DNA of 58,427 nt, the filler included, from Sphacelaria rigidula (taxonomy: Eukaryota): assembly GCA_964200075.2 (NCBI GenBank). It is 7 parts of 7 records of this genome, joined end to end, with 100 filler letters (N's around TTAATTAATTAA, not from the genome) between each part and the next. Parts side by side here need not be neighbours in the genome. Positions count along the whole stretch, not along the records: positions 50,168 to 58,427 come from CAXNAA020011742.1; 6 more parts are not named here. One strand, given 5' to 3'. The translations under genes were made by a program, and so were the position numbers. The notes under the pieces were generated by a model that saw only the letters and a program-made list of their open reading frames with translations, made no database searches and was not told where the DNA came from. This document shows positions 50,168-58,427 of this stretch, piece after piece (position 1 is the stretch's first letter; the number at the start of each line of letters is the position of its first letter).

Positions 50168-50207
50168 TCAATTGTCAAATGACTAAGGCAAGCAACAAAT
50201 GAGTACG
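50168..50207 (+). mobile_element. LINE 3'-end fragment at contig start
   Basis: GACTAAGGCAAGCAACAAATGAGTACG followed by a C-tract. Confidence 0.78.
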
Positions 50208-50827
50208 CCCCCCCCCACCCCCCCTATCGTAGGATGACAGAGCAATATTCCCGTCACCGCTACTACTTTTCTCTGTCACACACATGTCAGCAAGGGCGGT
50301 GCGCTGCGGCAAAAATAACAGATGGTCCAATCTGAACTTGGAGGGTGTTATCTATCGTTGATTTTACTCCGACATATCTGACCATCATGGCGCCCGACCA
50401 CAAGAGCCTGCCACAGGCCAGTTGGGGTATGTGTGTAAGAGACAGTTCGGTTTCCGAAACTACGTCCAGATTATTGAAATGGCTCTTGTTGCCCGAGGAA
50501 CTGCGGCTTCCCCGCCCCCCCGTCAGGTATGAAAGAAGAACGACAGAGGTTTTGAGAGTGCATATAACGCCCACGGAGGAACACAGAGTGTCATGTATGA
50601 AAATCCCCGTTATCCTACCTGCAAGCAATTTCATGCCCGCTGCTTTCTAATAAGAGCGTTGAACAGTCGATTTGTGTTTCGTACTGAACTGATTGGCGAA
50701 TACCAATGGCAGCAAAGCTTGCTGGTGCTGTTCGACAGTATCTTCGAACGTTTGACCGGACCCAAGATATGTTGTCACGCCGGTTGCTTCCGTTACGGAC
50801 CCCAATCGCACGACTCTCGGCAGTCCA

Positions 50828-53800
50828 ATGCGCTCTGCTTCGCACTCCAATGTTGGACCAGCAATCGCGGCCATGCATTTTGCCCTGCAGAATTTGCATC
50901 ACCCTTCTTCGGCGTCGGCGCACACGCCAGTCTCAGCTCTAATCGAAGCATTTACGCCTTTTTGCCAGTCCACGCTCCAAGACCAATCGGCTTCTGCTCA
51001 CGTGCAATTCAACGATGACTCTGCACCTGCCGCGCCCAAAGCCGTACGTTTGGCGTCTCGATTGGCGACACCGCGTTCTCCCTTCGTCTCTCATGAGAAG
51101 TTCAACGAACACGAGTCCAGCCCCTCCTCCACTTCAAACCAAAGTCTTACTCGCGCTCCTGAACGGCGCTGCACACCGACAGTTGGTCACGACCACGTCA
51201 CCCGTGCAGGTAGTTCCAAGGACAACTCCCAGCACAGCTTGAGTTCATCGCGCGTTCTCACACGCCCGAAGAATGTCGCTCATGGCCGCACATATGACGG
51301 TAGTTCACGACACAGTTCCAATTCATCGCGCTCTCCGAAGCGCCCGGTGAATACCGACCGTGACCGTACTCACGAGGATGATTCGCGGCGCAGATCAAGT
51401 TCATCGCGCGTTCACTCGCGCTCGAAGAACACCGATCATGCAACCGCGCAGATCTCTCCTGCTCCGCCTCAGGCACGCGGCCGTCGTTTACGCAATGAAA
51501 ATACCGTACATGCTGACGACATCCAGAATATATTTCCGGACATATCACCGGCTCTCGAATCCTCAACCGAGGGATTCAGCTGTAATTCATCGCACAACCG
51601 ACGACCCCGCAATGATCACGACCCCTCGTCCCGCTCTGATGCTGCGATTATTCGCTCCCTCCAACAACGACTGACAGATCTCGAGCGAGAACTGGCCAAG
51701 TCAAGAATGGAAAACAAGGGAGTAATCACCGCCGCTGCCGCCAAGACCACTATGGAAAACAAGGGAGTTACCGCCACTGCTGCTGCCGCCACCACTGCCG
51801 CTGCCGCCGCTGCTGCCATGGCCGCTGCGCCTCCCGCCACGACGACTACAGTCACGGCTCCCACAACCGTTGCCGCCCCGTCTGCCGTCGATACCGACGC
51901 TGATAGTGGTCCAACCACTGGTCCTGTCCCGGATGCCGCCGTGCCCCCGCCCCCGTCTGGGGAAAATCTCCCTCTACTGGGCGACGAGCACTGCCCAACT
52001 GGCCTCCTCTTGAGGCTGTCCAGGAACCGCCCCCGCGCGGAACAGTTAATGCTCATCGAGGATTACGCCTCACAAGCGCCAGCGTTTGCCAAGGACATCA
52101 TAGAGTAACAACGGGAGACGGAAGGCGCCGCTGCACGCCTCCTGGCGGAGGAACATGCTGACATGGAAAGGGACCTTCAGCGACAGGCTTCACGCGCTCA
52201 GACTACGAATTCCGCTGCTCAACGCGCCCTCCAGGAGGGTCGCACTGCTGCCATGGTGGTCCAGAGACGAGTGCGGGACCTCGAGGACCATGTCCGACGA
52301 ACCGCCCACGAAGCGGCCACGTCGGTGGCCCGCCTGACCAACCATCAGACCTCTCCGCCGTCCGCCGGCAACCCGCTCAGCTGGTCGCCCTGCTTACCAG
52401 CCTTCATCTCACAAGGCCCAGCCCAAGACCGGTACGTCGACTTACACTATTCCACGTAACTCCGACCAACCATCGTATGCTGCGGCCGCTACCGTCCCCA
52501 AGACGGCCCTAATACCCCCGCTTCGAGCAGCTAGCTCGTCGGCCAATGCCGGCCCGGCACCAGGCCTGCAACTCACGCCCCACGAACGAACGTGGCTTTC
52601 TCGCACTGCGGCCGATTATACCAGCCCGTTCCTCCGGAACAATCACCTACACTGCTCCCACCAAGCTTGGAACTTGGTGCCGCAACGCCTTCACCACCTT
52701 ATTGGTCTTTGCGTGGACTAGGGGGAATTCTTCCCCGACAACGGCGTACCGTCCCTCACCCTGGGCCAACTTGTTCTACACATGATCATCGGCGACAGCC
52801 CTGATCACCAGCATCACGTCGAAACTGTCACCGATCTTTTTGCGGCGCTACGTGCCGGTTATCCCTCTGATACCGGCGCTACCATCGCCGACGATAATCA
52901 GGATGATGATGCTTGGACTCCCACGAGTGTCAACTGCAGAGGCAAGAACAAGAACCGCCGGCGGGATGACGACGACAACGGTGGAGAACGCCCACGCCGC
53001 CATGGCGGCGGAGGATCCTCCTCGGGCGGTTCCGGACCGAACCGCCCGGTCCACAATAATGGCGGCCCGACCGGCAAAAAAACAGGGGCCAATTCTTCCG
53101 GATCTTCCGCGCCAAGTTGCAACCGGTCTAGCACAGACCTGCCCCCCTCGGGTTCGGCGACACCCAGGCAAGTGATACCTAAGTCGGCCGATGTTTCGGG
53201 TCGCCTTTTGGGTTTATCTGATTCAGACACACCAGGCCGTCCATTGTCTTCTACTGCAGCTCGCGCTTTAGCAACCACTGCGGCCGACAAAGAACGTTCC
53301 GAAGCTATTAAAAAAGCAGCTCCCGATAGAGTCCAGTCTGCCCGAGTAGGTGCAATACAGAGACAGTATATCCTAATGGACGTGAAAAAGCTTTGGTATA
53401 TCAAAAACATTCCTGCTGCGGATAACAAAGATTCGGGACAGTTTACTTCTGCCCTCATCACATCCATTCGCCGTACAGTTAGCAATATCCTTTCACTTGG
53501 TGGATGCAACTGGCGTCCAACGCTTTGGAGATCCCCATTAGGTAGACAGCTGGTAGACCCTATTACACCAAGCATTGCATCGATCCATCAGCCGCCGCTC
53601 TCCCGACATCGCTGCTTCTTTCACACAGATCCTCGACGACTTCCTCGCCGAAATGGATCCGGCTCGTGCCAAGGAAAAGACAGGGCCGGTATTGCTCTCT
53701 GATCTGGAAAGACGTCTGATAGTTTTTTTTTTACAAAAGTGACCAAGCAAGCGCCATCCAGAGGCTGAGTTGTTTTGCTGTCGCATCGGATGTCCCCTTC

Positions 53801-56800
53801 GCGGATTATCTCCGCGAATATAAACTTTGGTCTCTGGTACTACGGGTGTCGGACGCCAAAACGGACAGAGCGATGAAATGTGTCAGACTTACATTCGCAA
53901 TAGCGTTGCTCAACAGTATCCGGCTCTGATACCGTCGTTGTTTCCGGGTGTCTTGGCGCATCGCGAGGTGCCTTACGCCTCTGTTGATGCTATGTGGTCT
54001 GCTTTTGTACACCAAGAGGGTAATCCAACGCCCGCAATACGTGGAACACCTTCCACGCCTCTACGTTCACAACCTACGGTTGTGCCCTCCGCTCATGCTC
54101 AAGGGTCTCGCGGCAGGAATTCGAGTTCATCTCGCGCTTCATGGACCCCCGACTCGGTCGCCGGTTCAGTTATGCATGTTCAAAGTAACAGAGATGCATT
54201 CACTGCGAGTTTTGATGATTGACCGTTTTTCGAGGAACCTTGGGATGATGTTTATTTGACTTCAACAACGGCATTCATTACAGATGATCCCCATTTGTGG
54301 AACCCACTTCTTTCGTCTCCTGCTAGACGCAATGCCTTTAGCATCCATGCCAACAGTTGCACCAACTGTAGTGTTCAAGGCCACAGTATGCGTGACTGCG
54401 ACAGTCCATGCATCAATGCCTTTGATCTGATGAACCCTGAATTGCAGGACAATGAACCCGCGTGGCACCGATGGCAAAAAGGCATGCGCAACTATCGCCC
54501 ACCAAACGAAAATGATCGTAAATACTCGAATCCATGTGGCCACAAAAGCTCTCATCGCGGTCGCCGACAGAACAACAATAATGCAAGCCCTCGCCAGAAC
54601 GACCATAATTTTTGCGACAACAAACGATCCCCTGATAGACATCAGTGGACGGGGCCGACACACAACTCGAACCCCAATACCAGAAACCCTGGTACCTTCA
54701 CTACGGATCGCGTAGACCCATGACGTCCCGACGCCGGCGTCCAATGGTCTTCCGCGCCGCCGACAGCAGTCCCCAAGATTTTTTCAGCACAGCCCGCGGA
54801 GTCCGTGACTAAGATTGTTCACCCGGCTCCCCCGGCACTATGCAGGAGCGTTACAGACGGCCGTTCAAATCGACCCCAGTCCCCAACTCCACACACTTTT
54901 CAACACAGCCCGCAGAGCCCGCGACTAGGATTGTTCGCCCGGCTGCCCCAGCACTGTGTTGGAGCGCAACTGACGGCCGTTCATATCGACCCCGGTCGTC
55001 ACCCCTCCACACACCGCGTAACAGTTGTGTTACCCCGCGACTCAGACCTACACCCGGCCCTGAACTTGGTCCTTCAGTGCCGAGTATAAGTCTGAGGTGT
55101 GGGAGGACCAACCGCCAGTCCCTGAGGCGAAAGCTTCCCTCAGCGACCGCACGCACAGGTAACAGCAAGCCTTTTTCAGCTGACCCAAGTGTTGCTGATT
55201 TGAACTCGCCCACATCGGATCATGTAATTCTCAATCAGTTGCATCGAGCTCCTTCCCTGGGATTTTCAACACGCACGGACCTACCTTCGGCCGGTTTTAC
55301 TAACAACCGCCCCAACATACCTTCGGCTATGACCCACGAGCCAAGCTTGCCTACGGAAAGCAGCCCACAAGTTTCGCTCCGTCATGCCCCGGTGCTGACC
55401 CCATCCACCCGACTGGATGCAGTTGTGGTTTGATCCCAAAATGTTTTGGAAGTTCCCCGACTTTGTCACGGCGAAAGAGAAAGCCCCGTACGCATGCCCC
55501 CAAGGACGCGCGCGCATCATCACGTACACCTCTTTCGAGCGGAAATCCTCGACCTCAATCTCTCCACAACGTGACGAATTCGAGCTCAACGGCTCTATCA
55601 AGTATCACAGAAGAAACCAAATAATATATTCTGACGTCACTACCTCTTCAATCAACGACTCCAGCTCCGCACAATCTAGATCCCCCTCGGAGCTCGATCC
55701 CTGTCAAGCAAAAACGATCATTTACGAAATCGCTAATGGTCACTCCCACAGTGCCGCACCTTGAAATACTATACCGTCCACACTCTTCTCTGGTGAGAAA
55801 TCTGACCCCCCGGCGGATCACCCGCCATGCGTTTTTGCTGTCAGCCCCGCTGATCCTGACCAATTTACCTTACCGGAACACGGTCCGGATCTTGTCGGCG
55901 GTAAAGTGTCTGTGGATCCGGCCACTTTCACTACACGCTTTGCGATCCACTCTGGTCCAAACATTACCACGCCTACGAAATGCGTATCCTTGTTGGACAG
56001 CGGCAGTCCGCAAACATTTATTCGAGGATCAACATGGGAATACATGAAACAGACTGGTGCTGCTACTGCAGCTTGCGACACCACTACCCAACCTTGAGTA
56101 TGGGGCGGTTTCGGTGATTCTGCGGCACCCCTAACGACACGAAAACCCGTACATCTCAGTGTGCAATTCTTTCACAACACCACTCGTTCTGCCAGCCTGG
56201 CAGTCTGGGCATAGATTGTCCCCGCCAGCACAATGCACCACGCCATATTATTGGGCAGAGATAGCTATATGCGGTTTAATAAACGGACCTACCGAACGCT
56301 TCCACCACTATCGCCACATTCCACGCCTCGTGGAGAATTCGAGCTTGAACACTTTGATACTCTGCACGGCGCCCTGGCCCACCAGAAGAATACTCAAGCA
56401 ACCGGAGCTGCTCACCGCCTACGATACAACGGTAGCGTTGGTATTAGACTCTCCGAGGATCCTCAACTTTTAGAATTGGCACTAGGTTGCCGAAATGGCA
56501 TGCCAGCACTCAGGGGTCATTATCTTGCCGAAATGTTACCCCGCATTGGCGCACCAGCCGACACAGAACATTTTGTCTCCGCGGGACAACAACTCCTCCA
56601 CCTTACGGATCATGCTAACTTGGAACCCGGGGATATCTTAGGAATTGCCGCTGCTCCCTTGATGCACATCCCACTCGGGGCGTGCGTAACAGAGCCTGCT
56701 GCGCAAAACGCCACATCTCCGGCAGAGTCAGTACATTGTGTCGATGAACCTTATCTTGACCTCACCTCTGCGGCTCCACCTCAGGTTCACACCGTGGATC

Positions 56801-58320
56801 CTGCCCAATCAAATTCCGATCCTCCTGCTGAAGTGCTTCAACGCTTATCACCAGATTCTCGGAATATTTTCTTGCAAATGTGGCACCAACTACCGCCACA
56901 CTTGCGCGACATCAATTTTGACCTTCGTGGGCCCGGCTGGGAACCGGCAGTCATTCGAGAACTCAGTGATGTCCTGCTACAGTTCCAAGACCATCTTTCC
57001 CGATCCAAGACGGATCTTGGGCATTGCAAAACACTGCCCTTTGAGGTTACCCTCCAACCCGGCGTCTCGCCGATCTCTTCTCGACCATATCGAACAAACC
57101 CAATCCTTACCAAGAAAGTTAACGCCATCTTGGATGCGTATTTGGGAGCGGGGTTAATACAACATTCTTCCTCTTCTCGGGCCTCGCCCCTCGTGGCCCT
57201 CCCCCAAAAGGATGGAAACATACGCATAACCGTGAATTACCAACCGTTGAACCGCGTCACTGTGGTCGGTAAACTTCCAATACCCCGCAATGATGAAGTC
57301 TTCGACTCCTTAGGCGAAGGAAAAATATTCAGCACCTACGACCTCGCTTCTGGATTATTTCAGAATGCTATTCACCCTGACACAGTTCCGCTGACGGCCT
57401 TTTGTACCTCCTCCGGACTCTACGAGTGGCTTCGAATGCGACAAGGCGCTGCCACTGCCTCGGGATGCTTTCAACGCTTAATGCAACGCGTCATCGAGGT
57501 CCTAGAGCACATCATCATGTACCTGGATGACGCTATCGCTTTCGATGGTTCACCTATTGCATATGTTCGCACTCTACGAGAATTTCTCTCTCGCCTACGA
57601 ACACACGATTTGAAACTGTCTCCATCAAAAGCTCGCCTTGATGCGACTGAGTTGAATTTCCTGGGGCGTTCCATTTCGACAGCAGGCCTGCATCCGGACA
57701 CAATCAAAGTCAGGGAGGGCGATGACTGACTTGCCGATACCAACTAACATTTCTCAACTTCGCTCATTGTTGGGCGGACTATCCTACTACCGCATTATTT
57801 TGCCGAATCTATCAAAACGGATCCGCCCCCTTACTGAGCTACTCAAGAAAGGAGCCGTGTTTTCCTACACAACCATTATTATGGATAATATCACCCGCGA
57901 ATTGCTAAAAACGCTGATCGAAAAGCCGGCACTATGCTTTCTTGATTGGGAGGCAGTACAAGATGACTCCCGCCTTTTTCAACTCCACACTGACGCCAGC
58001 ACAAGCGAATTTGGAGGAGTTTTGAATCAACGTCAGGTTGATGGCTCCGTCCGACCCATCCTTTATATCAGCCGCGCTACCCTACCCATCGAGGCCAATC
58101 GGAGCCCGCTAGAACTGGAAGGCGGAGTAATCACTTGGGCCATGAAGCGCCTTCGGCAATATTTGTTTCACCTGCCCTTTGAGATCTATACGGATCATGG
58201 AGCACTCGAACGACTAGCAAAGGTTGGCGAACACAACCCGCGTGTACAACTATGGTTGGAGTTTCTAACAGCATACCAGTATACCATTAAGCACCGTCCA
58301 GGCAAAACCAACGGGAACGC
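50828..58320 (+). mobile_element. Decayed Ty3/Gypsy LTR retrotransposon internal region (gag-protease-RT-RNase H; integrase not present in contig)
   Basis: CCHC knuckle CTNCSVQGHSMRDC (54358-54399); protease LLDSGS (about 55990); RT with SPLV..PQKDG..RITVNY..LN, TAFCT..GLYEW and YLDD (57520-57531); RNase H with LHTDAS, ELE, IYTDH, IKHRPGKTN. Multiple stops and frameshifts. Confidence 0.93.
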
Positions 58321-58427
58321 TCATGAGTCATCCTACGATAGGGGAGGGGGTGTTTGGTTGCACGAAAAAAAAGGCTCATGTGTGTGTCGAACATCCTTCC
58401 ACACTTGCGTTGCGCTTGTATTTGGTT

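Noticed and set aside
50388-50397. tRNA-Lys primer binding site TGGCGCCCGA for the Gypsy element
   Set aside because: Only 10 nt match and no paired LTRs are visible to anchor it.

Overview
Repeat-rich eukaryotic DNA with spliceosomal GT-AG introns; composition, intron style and the gene and repeat content suggest a brown alga (Phaeophyceae), which is an inference. The window is not one locus. It is seven contigs of 8260-8262 bp joined by six 100-bp artificial spacers (N runs around TTAATTAATTAA), consistent with a length-sorted bin of unplaced contigs, so adjacency across spacers has no biological meaning. Host genes (mostly partial): four exons of a TBC Rab-GAP (41973-45532, minus), four exons of a fucosyltransferase-like GT-B protein (25236-29483, minus), a large repeat-rich spliced gene (19034-23763, plus), a small single-pass membrane protein (46739-46996, plus) and two orphan exons. 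Mobile DNA dominates: a decayed Ty3/Gypsy gag-pro-RT-RNaseH region, a LINE family whose 3' ends abut oligo-C tracts, a tRNA-derived SINE family, and hAT-, Harbinger-, piggyBac- and Ginger-like MITEs. Best lead: a TIR element family with AACAAC...GTTGTT ends and 4-bp TSDs. One copy (11841-13374) carries an intron-containing, decayed KDZ (Kyakuja-Dileera-Zisupton) transposase core, while a second copy (16942-17258) is empty. Also notable are a TGT...ACA foldback MITE carrying TTAGGG-like repeats and a shared IFPDISPA plus coiled-coil module between the large gene and the Gypsy Gag region. All family calls come from motifs read by eye; no database searches were run.
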